A stretch of 64,000 bases of DNA from Trichoplax adhaerens (taxonomy: Eukaryota; Animalia; Placozoa): the NCBI RefSeq assembly GCF_000150275.1, contig NW_002060947.1, forward strand, positions 3,650,980 through 3,714,979, written 5' to 3'. The notes under the pieces are model-generated. The model saw nothing but the letters and a program-made list of their open reading frames with translations, had not been told where the DNA came from and searched no databases. Within the stretch, counting starts at the first letter, position 1; the number at the start of each line of letters is the position of its first letter. Of this stretch, positions 12,726 through 24,268 are shown piece after piece. A program made the position numbers and the translations under genes.

Positions 12726-15347
12726 TTAATGGCCCCCTAGAAATAAATTTCCGCTAGATAATGTAGCCGTTGGTGCTGGTTTAATTGCAAGATTATTTGA
12801 CATCCCATGAACGTTTCCATTGCTGAAACCAAATATACGTAATAACTTGGGCACAAATAAAAATAATATGGTTACCGTTACAGAAATATAATCAGCAATA
12901 GGGATAATCAAAGGTCGCAATCTGGGATCACTTGTAAAGTAGGCTGGAATAAAAGCTAGCCATACAATCATGACTGCAAACATGGAGAAATTAATAAATT
13001 TTGCTTCATTAAAATTTTCCGGCAAATGACGAGTTAAAAATGCAAATACAGTGCAAACAATGATTAAACAACTGTCAGCACCTAATGTAATCACCATTCC
13101 AACGACAGATTCATTACATATTAATCTTATTTCTTCGCCATGCTTATATTCTACGCGACGCACTCCAGGTGGCTCTATAATAATCCAAACAAGTACAATT
13201 AACAATCGTAAAGCCACAATGGTAGCTACCATAAATAGTTGTGATCTAGGGCTAATAAGGGATGGACGTTTTAATGTTGCATTATTATGATTAAAGATTC
13301 GATAAATTCGTGTCGTTTTAACAAATATAGCACCATAGCATAAAGAAAAGCTAAACCCTATTGAGATTCGAAACCATATGCATATTGGCATATTCGGTCT
13401 CCATAGTGGTACTACGCAGTTAGTACAAATGATACCAAAGCTAAACATAATGCAATAGCAGAGCTCACGTCCTGAAGCTTTAATTATAGGATGAAGATTA
13501 AATTTAACGTAGATAATTACCAACGAGATTAAAAATGCTCCACCCATTCCAGCGAAGATAATTACGGTAATTGCAATTGCCTCTTCGGCTTCCATATGGG
13601 TTATATTGACTCTATTACATGCTGTTCTATTTTGTTGCGGCCAATAACCCGCTGGACAGTCAATACACTGGCTCAGAGTATAATTGAAATACTGTTTGCT
13701 AATACATTCAGCACATACCCAACAACAAATTTCTTCTTTAGTAATTTTAAATAGTCCTTCCTGACATGGCTGACTACATTCCGATTCTAAAATATGACTC
13801 GAATTACCAATCGGCCAATAAATATCGTCTTCGCTTAATAATAAATCTTCTAACATCCACACACCAACTTTTTGAGATCGATAATTATCACTTTTCCTTT
13901 GCAAGTTATCAATATCGTAACCTCCCTCCCTGATATCCCCTTGATTATCGAATTCTACATGACTGCTGTTAGCAATATCCATGAAACTTACTCTCAACAA
14001 ATACTTGAATAATAAATGACCATCAATCGATTGCATTGCTGAACATAAACCTGATTTTCCTTTACATAATTCTTTATGCATATTATGAAGAGCATGTGCA
14101 TATGCATACACACCATTAATAACATAAATTATTTTACGACCTTGAGTAAATCCACCCGTTACATTAGTCCATCGTAAACTTTTGTCACATATATTTTCTG
14201 TCGCTGGTGGAAGATTGCAATTGAAATTAGCTTGCCAAGATTCGTTAAACCATGGATCTTGTATTCGATCCACATTATACGGCGTTAATTGAGTAAAATA
14301 ACGATCGAAATCTCTAACATACTCGCCATGAAGTTGAAAATAAAGAGATCCTTCTGCGACATAATTACTACTATTCATATAATAAGTATTAGTAGTCCAA
14401 TCGTCACTACCTATAAATATTATCCTACCAGCAGCATTAGCACGATCGGCAGCTTCAAATAATTTTGCCATTTCGCCCCAATTACAGAATAAAATTACAA
14501 CTTTAGCCTTATTACTTTTGCTAAGTATACTACTCATTACTGTATCGTAGCGATGTGTAGGCGCCGATTGAGCTAGTTCATATTCAGCAGCGATACATAG
14601 ATTGAGAGTAGTAATTTGTGAACGAAAATTTTTAAATCCATTTTCACCATAACTGCCTTCAGAATAGACGAATTGAACATAAGACCAATTATAGTGTAAG
14701 CATAGATCAATCATTGCACGGACTTGTAGATAATCACGAGGAACAGTACGAAGGAAATATTTATATCTCTCTTTCTCACTCAAGTCATCACTAGTCGAAC
14801 TATAGCTGATTTGTGGTATACGAAAGATATTCAATAAATCAGAAACAAGAACTGATTCACGACTACTACCAGGTCCAATTAATCCAATAATTTGTTGGCG
14901 TTGAAAACGTTCATCAATTTCAGGTTGTGAGTCATTAGCACATCTTGGCAGATTACGATACTGATCTAAAAAATTACCCACCGAGTCACGTCCATTAGGA
15001 GTTAACATTAAGATCGATTCCCTTAATGCGATGGTATCCCTTGAGCAGGTGTCATGTATATGGAAGCCTAACTTAATACCAGGTAATAAATCTTCTCTGT
15101 TGTTTATGCGTTGAATAGCGTAGATCATGGCATGCATTAACTGTAATGATATCTCAGTCTCTCGTATTTGGCCACAACTTTGATTTGAACTGCTAAATTG
15201 ATGGATTGGAAATAATCCACCAATAATAATATCACCAGGTTGATAGCCGTAGGCTCTATTATCAGATAAACTGTCATTACTTTGAACCAGGATCGACGTA
15301 ATTAAGATGAAATAATGTAGTGATATATAGCTTAATAGATGTAACAT
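12726..15347 (-). CDS. Class C GPCR, mGluR-like paralogue; intronless; about 873 aa from the first ATG (MLHLLSY)
   Basis: Same motif set as the first gene. The ORF track starts at a TTG (15380); the first in-frame ATG is at 15347 and precedes a signal-peptide-like hydrophobic stretch. Confidence 0.95.
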   Translation of the reverse strand: MLHLLSYISLHYFILITSILVQSNDSLSDNRAYGYQPGDIIIGGLFPIHQFSSSNQSCGQIRETEISLQLMHAMIYAIQRINNREDLLPGIKLGFHIHDTCSRDTIALRESILMLTPNGRDSVGNFLDQYRNLPRCANDSQPEIDERFQRQQIIGLIGPGSSRESVLVSDLLNIFRIPQISYSSTSDDLSEKERYKYFLRTVPRDYLQVRAMIDLCLHYNWSYVQFVYSEGSYGENGFKNFRSQITTLNLCIAAEYELAQSAPTHRYDTVMSSILSKSNKAKVVILFCNWGEMAKLFEAADRANAAGRIIFIGSDDWTTNTYYMNSSNYVAEGSLYFQLHGEYVRDFDRYFTQLTPYNVDRIQDPWFNESWQANFNCNLPPATENICDKSLRWTNVTGGFTQGRKIIYVINGVYAYAHALHNMHKELCKGKSGLCSAMQSIDGHLLFKYLLRVSFMDIANSSHVEFDNQGDIREGGYDIDNLQRKSDNYRSQKVGVWMLEDLLLSEDDIYWPIGNSSHILESECSQPCQEGLFKITKEEICCWVCAECISKQYFNYTLSQCIDCPAGYWPQQNRTACNRVNITHMEAEEAIAITVIIFAGMGGAFLISLVIIYVKFNLHPIIKASGRELCYCIMFSFGIICTNCVVPLWRPNMPICIWFRISIGFSFSLCYGAIFVKTTRIYRIFNHNNATLKRPSLISPRSQLFMVATIVALRLLIVLVWIIIEPPGVRRVEYKHGEEIRLICNESVVGMVITLGADSCLIIVCTVFAFLTRHLPENFNEAKFINFSMFAVMIVWLAFIPAYFTSDPRLRPLIIPIADYISVTVTILFLFVPKLLRIFGFSNGNVHGMSNNLAIKPAPTATLSSGNLFLGGH
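13939..14801 (-). repeat. Right arm of the 863-bp perfect inverted repeat (partner 4149-5011)
   Basis: Reverse complement equals 4149-5011. The two proteins are identical from IGPGSSRES to FDNQGDI. Confidence 0.95.
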
Positions 15348-18300
15348 GTTTCCTACTACTACGAAATCTTTTACCCTCAAATGGCTGAAATATATGCGTT
15401 AATCAGTACCGTAATTTAATAAAGTTAAAGACTCTTAAGTCTAGTCATAAAAGCAGATTCTCTTGTTAGTGATATTTGGTTCTAATCCAATGATCGCTGG
15501 CTTTGCTTGTGTAATATTCACTTTCGCGGCTATGCACGCAATCTATTTCAAGGACTCTTCCAACAACGATGGCTTTATACGAATGAAGGTATTAATCAAA
15601 TATCACATTCAAGTAAGTATTCACGCTTGTCAGCACCTTTTACTTTAATTCCTTAAATTAAGTATTATTGGTAAGGCTTTTATAATTTTAACTGAAAGGC
15701 TCAGCTAATGTGACACATCATATGGTATAATAACATATATTAGAACCAGGAATAGATGAAAAATTACTTTTAAATTCTTTAAACTGATAGCAGCGCCCAA
15801 AAATTCATAAAAGATTGGAGTAAAACACTAAGGTAAAAATATTTCTCTTGAAATCACTTTTGCCCAAAATGTGGATACACTTAAAAATGATGAATCCTGC
15901 GATATTTCTTGACAATACGGCATATAAAATAAGTGATGTTAGGCTAAGAGCTAATCAAGGACAACCGATATCTCACATTGAATACCGATGCTACAAATTA
16001 GAATTAATAAGGTTGGACAATCTGCCGAGAAAAGCTATACGGCAATAGAGAATGCACTGACAGTAGATGATATTATTGATCTATAGGTTATACAATAAGG
16101 TAGGCTAAATGTCAAGGCTATATACCAGAGATTTGACCTCTCTCGAAAAGGTATTGCCAGCAAGAAGAATCGGATACAACATCCGCTTATTTATTGTAAT
16201 AAAATCACAAAGAAAAATTAATTATTTGCATGAGATCAAAATCTCAACCTACATCATCGATACGTTGATAATAACATCTCCTGCTGATTTAACGATAGTG
16301 TGATAAAACAAATTGCTGAAGATGATAACGACCAGTTATAGTTTAATCATCAAGTATTAAGTATGAGATAAAGTTGTACACTAACACTGCAATAGCAATG
16401 CTTTAATTACTAATAAGATGCGTACAAGATAAGAATCAATATTATTTTACATAAAATAAGTCGGAAGTTAAACACCTGTCGTTGTATTGTTAAAAGAATT
16501 TAGTTTTCTTGAATGATAGAGCTTATTAATATCTCCTAACAATAAATTTCAAAGTAAATATCAAATCAGAAGTAGAGATAGAAGGTATAGCGATTTACTT
16601 CGCGATTAAATAACAATTATAATAAACTATTACTTACGTAATTGAAATGCTAAAAATGACCTTTTCTTCTTCCGTGGATGGCGTTGCAAAGCTTGAAGTA
16701 ATGATTGCAATAGATTATATCATAGGCTTTGTTCTGTCGTCAACAACCCTTAACACCACAAGATAACAGTTCTAGTGATACTGTTATACCCACATATGAA
16801 TCTTAATATATCGTAAATTTACTATATTTTATTTCTCTTGACTAATAATATTTATGTTTTAGCTTTGCTCGTTTGAGATGAAATTGAAAACGAAATTCTT
16901 TCGGTAATCATACCACCCATTATTACGGATAGAGAGTTAAGACTCGTTTTTAATCGTCACGTTCATTTTTAATGAAAGAAAATTTTTATCTAATTTCACG
17001 AATTTCAGATTTGACAGTGATTAAATCTAAATCTACTTAAAAATATTACTAAAATTCATATTACTTTGAGCGATAGAAAATGTGTTGCTGGATAAAAAGG
17101 GTTCTAATGATTAACTATATGACTCGGGATTCAAAAAGTAGCTAGTAATATATCGTATTTCTTCAAGAAATTATTTTGGAACGAACTGTTTAAAAATGAT
17201 GCGTAGCACCAGAGAACAATATATTCAGAATAAAATTTTACTTGAGCTTCGTCTTATCTCATAATTTTACATTTTTGGTTTGGCAGTTTCTTCCTTCCTT
17301 TTATTAGCCTCTAAATTATTTTAGTCAGATATTTCGTGTGAGAAATTCGCAATTAAATCTTTGCCTAATTACGACTTTATAAAATTACTTCATATAAGGT
17401 CTCCAGATATGTCTAGATACTTTTAAATTTGCTGTCTTCATGCTACAATTTGTCTAAACCAGTTAGCCTGTGATACTACCTCACAGATATCCCTATAATA
17501 CCACTCAATTTAACTTTTAATTTTACTTTTGAATCGAATTATCTATATATATGTATATTATTTTATGTCGAATCGACAAAATAGGATAATTTCAATCAAT
17601 CTTTGGATCAAAGTCTTCGCTATTTACCTTTTTCTTTCCTGACTAAATATTATTAAGAATATTCTGTAATTCAACAAATTATCTGAAACATCCAGACACA
17701 GAGATCAAAGATTACAATAAGTATAATGTAAAAGATAATCTTTATCGTCTACAAATGAGTTCTTTATCATCAATAGGGAAACTGGACACTTTCAACACTT
17801 GTCTATAACAATTGAAGGTATTTTAATCCAGCAGTCATACAATTAAACCGACTTCAGTCCTCGAACTTTATCGTTATTTACTACTTTAAATAGTCTGTTA
17901 ATTGATACATGATAAATGTTGTTCATATCAAAACGAGTTCAATTCTGTTAGGATCTTAACAATGCTAAATTGGATATCATTAACTCGATCATGACATTGC
18001 TTTGGATTGATAGATTCAAAATTTTAATTTTTTTATATAAAAATCGCCCATAAAAGAACCAATTAGCCTAAAAATATGAATAAAAAATCGTATAAATAAA
18101 TTTATATCCTATAGTTATCAAATTTTGATTTTTTTTAACTTTGTCTTAATAAATGGGTTATGTAAAATTATAAGTATTAATTCTTTCTAACAATTTACTG
18201 TTTAATAAAAGCTTGACGATGATAAAAATTTCGAAACTGATAGTAAGTGCACGAAAGCATTAAAAAATCTTATAAAATTCATTTATTCTGACGCCTTCCG

Positions 18301-21300
18301 CGAAAACAGTATAAGTATACCTTCTTTATGCCTAGTTCATACCGTAGGAGTACTGTATGAATTCTACATCATGTACTATTAAGAACATGAAATTAAGGTA
18401 CTTCTCGATTAATCAGAGTGATGAAATCGTACATATAAATTAGTTTTGGCAAGTACCTATCTAAGTGACAGGCTATAATTCTTTCTAATAACTTGTTGTT
18501 CAATAAAACTTACATAATTAGGGTTTTGATGTAGCTAACATTAATTTCGTGAAACTAACACGAAAATCGTGCTATAGTTTACTGATTATAATATTAGTAA
18601 ACTATTAACAGCGATGATCAGTTGACATCGTTACTATACAGTAACTTATATTTTGTAAATTTGTCTTTATATAAAGTTTTGAAATCTTTACTCATCTTGT
18701 AAATAGTAAGTGTTAAATCTATCTTATAAAAAGTATTCTATTTGCTTAGTGTTATGATACGGCATCGGCCAATTCACCATCAGTTACTTCATTGATTATG
18801 ACCCTAATTATAATTAGTCAAAAAACAGCTGTGGTCTGGTTCATCATACTATGCTTATTTACCTGCATTATTGTAATGAAACTGTCTTAATAAGTTCTCA
18901 TAACAATTCATGTTGTTTTTAAGCTTGCTACATGTAAATAATTGGTATAATTTAATGAAACTTCGTAGAGTCTAGCAATGTACATAAAAATGTGAAGCTG
19001 GGTGCTTTTAAAATTAAAAATATTTATTGATTATAATCAATCATATCTTACCTTTAATTATGTCATATCGTATGCATTTACAACGGACAGTAATATTAAT
19101 TAACATAACTTTTGAATAAACACATTTTATAGGAGCTGTCGCTGTTTCTGGTACTTATAATTTTGTGACACCGTTATTACAGAAACTTTAAGTTTAGTTA
19201 TTAAATATCCTTTCAGTTCCTTTACTATCTAAACAATGTTATATCTGTAAATAACTTGAAAAACTGCCGTGTCTTAGCAGTAGTACAAAATATCACACTG
19301 CAACAGTAAATCGGCCACAGTAAGCTCAAGTTTGAAATAGTAAGATAATATTCGTATTCTTTGTTTAATATCGCTATAGTATTCTAAATTCCTACAATAA
19401 AGCGTAGATTTATTTGTTCATTATTATTAATATTGATGTTATAGTATGATTTATAAAGTAGAATCGAAACTGAACATGTAATAAGCTGATTTGATATTGC
19501 GTTGAAACTATAGTCTCATGAGATTGAATTATTTATTAAGTTAAGGCAGTATAAACAAGCATTAAATCAGAAGAATATACTGTAATAAAAGAAAGAGATC
19601 AATTATAGTTATATACTTTTCACGTAGCTGTAATAAATTCGTACACTGTACATAAAATTAGATAAGAAATTAATCGTGACTGGGCAATTAGAGAATATCT
19701 ATGAGTTATAGTATTAATTAAAGGTCCGGTACCTACTTTCATGCAGTAATATAATCGCGGTGTTTATTCTACTACGGTCGTAAAAATGAATTACATCATT
19801 CTCATAAAATAACAGGAATCTGAGAACACCTGCCTCATCATCCCAACTTATACCTCCTACTTTTGCTGTCACTAATCCTCGATAATAGCATATAGGATAA
19901 TTTAAACATGAGATTGTAAGTAGATTTGTCTATGGTGAGGTCTGGTCTAAGTATATTATTTTATTTCAGTAACTATCATAAAGCATCTTATACTTGTAAT
20001 ATTCATTGATATAATGTGTCTCTACGGTCTTACAAGCGATAAAACAACCAAACATTTCATAACAACTTTCCTTAACATATACAAAGGCAACACTTAATGA
20101 CGTATTTTTGGCAGATATACAATACTGCTATCATTTTTTGTTCACAATTAATAATACATATACTATTACTTAATTCAGTTATAAAAAATATAATGTACTA
20201 GTATTTTTAGAAATTTAATCATTCAATTTTATTTTGATGGAACGCTACTAAATAAATAATTTGATATCTAATAACTTGGCTTTTTTTATAGTATTAAACT
20301 TTGTAATTTTTCGAAATCGTGTGTGGGAATTCACGTTGTAGCATATATTTTAAAACAATGGATTATCTGTATATGATAAACGATTTGCCTATTTTGTAAA
20401 CTTTTCATATGAGGATCCAATACAGTATTTCGAATATTGTTTAGTGATCAGAAAAAAACTAGTATAATTGTTTACTTCAAGACTTCTGCGCTAAATGATG
20501 AGATTTTAATCTCTATTCATGAAAATGCGATATAGCTGTTAATATCATATAGCATATTAAGAAATTGAATTGAAATATGATCATAAATAATAAAATGCGA
20601 TAGTAATCAAACGTTAAAGTGACTGATGTAAAAACGATTCATTTATTTACTAGGATAAGTATAAATTAGCGAAATAAATTCAATTTACGAGTTTATATAT
20701 GATTAACTAGAAGATTCATTTCTTTGATCTCCACAATTTATACATTTACGATTAAAACTCTGACTCGATTATTCACAATTTTAACGTTACAGTAATTAAA
20801 CTTTTACTTTAAATTTAGCTGTTATTAAATAGACTGAAGTATTCAATTAAAAATCTACGATACGCTTGATGTATATCATAAATGACATCTTTTATAACTA
20901 TATCTCGTAAGACTTTCAGTTTTTCTACTTAGAAAAAGTATTTTAGATATCATTCACTACTATAAACACAGCTACTGCGGTATAAAACAAGGTTTTAGCA
21001 CATTGGTTGCTTAAAAAACTACATCATTTTATCTTCTTGTTCATCTAGGAGGTTATGATTGGACGATGAATAAAATGCTAACTGTTATTGAATGTCAAAG
21101 AAGTTTTATTAGCGCAATCTTTAATAGATGATGTAATTACCTATCCTTTCTTTAGCAGTGTAAACTGTAATATAGTTACAATTTGGAAATTATACTGATA
21201 AATTATGATTTCGTGCTTGTTTGTATAGACTAATTCTAAAATGATATATGATAATACGTAAGAGGGCGATGACTAAAGAAATTTTGATCTCGTTAGCACT

Positions 21301-21684
21301 ATCAGGGTATACAGGGTATAGAGAGCGTGATAGCTTTACAACCATCCTATCCATAGATTACTACTTAAATGAATCAACTTTAGAACTCATTACTTCCCAG
21401 GAAGACCATATGGCGTCCTTTTTTCCTTTATAAAGCCTGTAATAATGTTTGAAACTGACACATGTTACGTAGATGAGGTAAAGCTTAGTATGTCAATATA
21501 AAAGATATTTAAAAGTGTATGCATGTGTTTATTTGTGCATTAACAACACCGAGCCCATCGATTGTGCATTAAATAAATTTTGGGCTTATAGTACATCTTC
21601 TAAGAAATATTTACGAGTAGTGTGTTTTAGCAGGACTATAAAGTCGTAGTTAATCCATAGCGGATAAAATTCTTTTGGATTGAT

Positions 21685-22862
21685 ATGGAGTACCAAGCTC
21701 TCGATCGTACTATTGAAACAATCCCGGGCAATAGTCAAATCGACAATGGATCCGATCAATCCTCGTTACCACTCTTGAATAACGACTCAAATAGTACAGT
21801 AGATAACCTAAATCATGTTTCATCAACTATTGATGATATTTATCAAGCTAAACGCACTACACCAAACTACTTCAAGTTTGCCTTAGAAGTCTTTAGAATT
21901 CTAAGAACAACAGGTAATTTGATAGCTGTAATTAATCTATAAGAGAATTCGTCTTTCTTCTTATTCATAGAGATTACGCCTAAGTTTTTTCGGAGATTTC
22001 AATCACAGGCTTACTAAATTTTCAGCTACGGTGTTCAAATTAAAATTTTATTTGACAGTTGGGTATACCGTAATCTCCAGCCTACTATTGGTGCTCCCTA
22101 TAGTTATGATCGCGATTGGTAAGGACTTTAAATCTAATTTTAAATTACATATTATACTAATACTTTTATGTTTTATCAGCCAATTTTATACACCTAGCTG
22201 TATGTCACCATTAATTATAACTATCAAACCAAATCCGATAGCCATTTCTGGATTAGATTGTTATATCATCCTATAGCGTAAACTTTTACGAGTTATTATA
22301 AAATATCGTTGACATAAAATCATCCAGCTTGTATCATTTTTCGGACATAATCATGATCCTATTTTAAATTGCGATACTTAATAGTCTTATAGAATAAATC
22401 GTACAAAGACTATGTTTTCTAAATAGTTACATTTGTTTAGGTGCAAAGTTTGAAAAGCAATGCCCGATACAACCGATGATACCGAAATTTTTGATAATTG
22501 GCGGATCGTTTTTAGTGTTGAAGTTATCGTTAGCTATTCGCCAACAAGGTCAAGAATCAAACATCAGTCAAGAAAATCACTATCATTTTGACTGTTATGT
22601 TATAACAGACCAAATAATATCGGCATTCCTATTTATATGGTTTCTATTGGGTAATATTTGGGTATTTAGTCATGCAAATAATAATACTGTATGGCAAAGT
22701 AATGAGCCCAGCAAACAATCACCGTGTAATATAGTCTTATATAGATTTTCATTCGATCTTGTAATATCCGTTTATATTTTTTATCTACTCTTAATTGTGA
22801 TAACAATCGTTATCTCATTTTATGCCGCAATAACTTTCTATAGAAGGAAAATAGACATATGA
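21685..22862 (+). CDS. TMEM272-like four-pass membrane protein, about 236 aa; exons 21685-21913, 22059-22118, 22441-22862
   Basis: GT-AG introns with matching phase 1. Spliced product reads LPIVMIAIGAKFEKQCPIQPMIPKFLIIGG...FLFIWFLLGNIWVF...CNIVLYRFSF, the pattern I recall for the TMEM272 family. Confidence 0.75.
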
Positions 22863-23899
22863 TGTATTTTAATCAGGTTACATGTGTATAAAGTATTGAT
22901 GCAGAGGATAGGTATGCTAACCATAGATAGATTTTCTCTCAGCTGTATGCAAACTATCATTTGAGAAGTATTATACCTGATTTGAATAGAGTATAAGGTA
23001 CACCAGGCTTTAAAAAATATTCGGCGACGCAGTCTACTAATTATAATATTTTTTTGTGATGTTATAGTCTATTCAAGAAATAACATAGTGATATAAGATT
23101 AGATAAATATTCTTATACGATATTTACTTGGTAGCATAATGTACATTTAGAAATTCGTTTTTAACAAAATCTTATTTTTTTATATATATAATGCAATGTG
23201 TAAATTATTATGATAGCCAATTGCAAAAATCTATAACAATACAGTCAGTTTTAGCCCATTTTTTTATCATGGTGCAACTGAAATACTGTCATTATAGAAA
23301 TCATTTTAATGCTGTATTTTTGTAATTGCACCTTCTAACGGTAACCTATAGACCCTTAATCACGTCGTCATGCTATGATAAACTGACCATGGTATTTACG
23401 GACATTACATTACTTCGTCAATTTTAACTCAATCGCAATCTAGCATGCTAATATCATTACTGAACTCGTCATGTAAATATGCTACGACTATAGTTACTCG
23501 GTAATATAGAGCAAAAAGGCAAAATCTATTCAGGACCATTACTTTATAGAGTGTAGAATACAGCCAGTAGTCGTTTTGACATGACACAGATGATTTTACC
23601 AGGGCAAGTACAGTAATGGCATCATTTTTGTCAGAGATATGCGCTAACGGTAATACGCTCAAGCCTACAGCAAGAAGTAAATTGCTGCAGGTAACATCAT
23701 TTTTTTGTGAATACAGTGCAATGCTATGGTGAGACATGTATGATAAACAATATCCACACTGATTGAAGTAATTTACAAGGGGAGATTTTTTTCTTTCCAT
23801 CTTTGTGCATGCAAAATGGAATGTATAGCTGACTGATCCGGCTGATTTTGCAAGACTTGCTGCAGCTGTGACGCTCAGATGCTCTGCACCTGGGACCGA

Positions 23900-24065
23900 T
23901 ACGGAAGAGTACAGTACGGTACCGTACAGTGGCATGTATCGTAAGACAAGTACTATACACTGTAAAGTACAGACTGTGCACTGTACAGTATTGTAGCGAA
24001 GGACAAGTACAGTACTATACTGTACTGTGCTGTACACAAGTTAGTAACTGTACCAGACTGCGGTT
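23900..24065. promoter_or_regulatory. Cluster of TACAGTA/TACTGTA-type motifs and short palindromes upstream of MBTPS2
   Basis: Dense ACAGT/ACTGT/GTAC repeats 200-370 bp upstream of the ATG. Perfect palindrome GTACGGTACCGTAC at 23914-23927. A regulatory role is inferred from position only. Confidence 0.4.
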
Positions 24066-24268
24066 TGCAGTCGTTGAACATGAGACTGTATTAAGTCTAT
24101 ACTACGCTACACCACAGTATTGAATTCAGTCCGTCACACCGGCTCCGTTAAACCATCCAACTTCGATGCTGCGAGATTAGCTTTGCATTTCTTAGTCTTC
24201 AAATAGGAAACTGCAAGACGCAAAAGACAAATGATAATGCCATTTTAATCCTGATATATCAATCATCC

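Noticed and set aside
15348-15380. TTG start given by the ORF track for the second GPCR
   Set aside because: Eukaryotic gene. The ATG at 15347 gives a proper signal peptide and a length matching the paralogue.
23429-24123. ORFs of 202, 85 and 64 aa over the TACAGT-rich region
   Set aside because: Their Y/S/T/V/C-rich translations arise from the nucleotide repeats. No domain similarity and no splice support.
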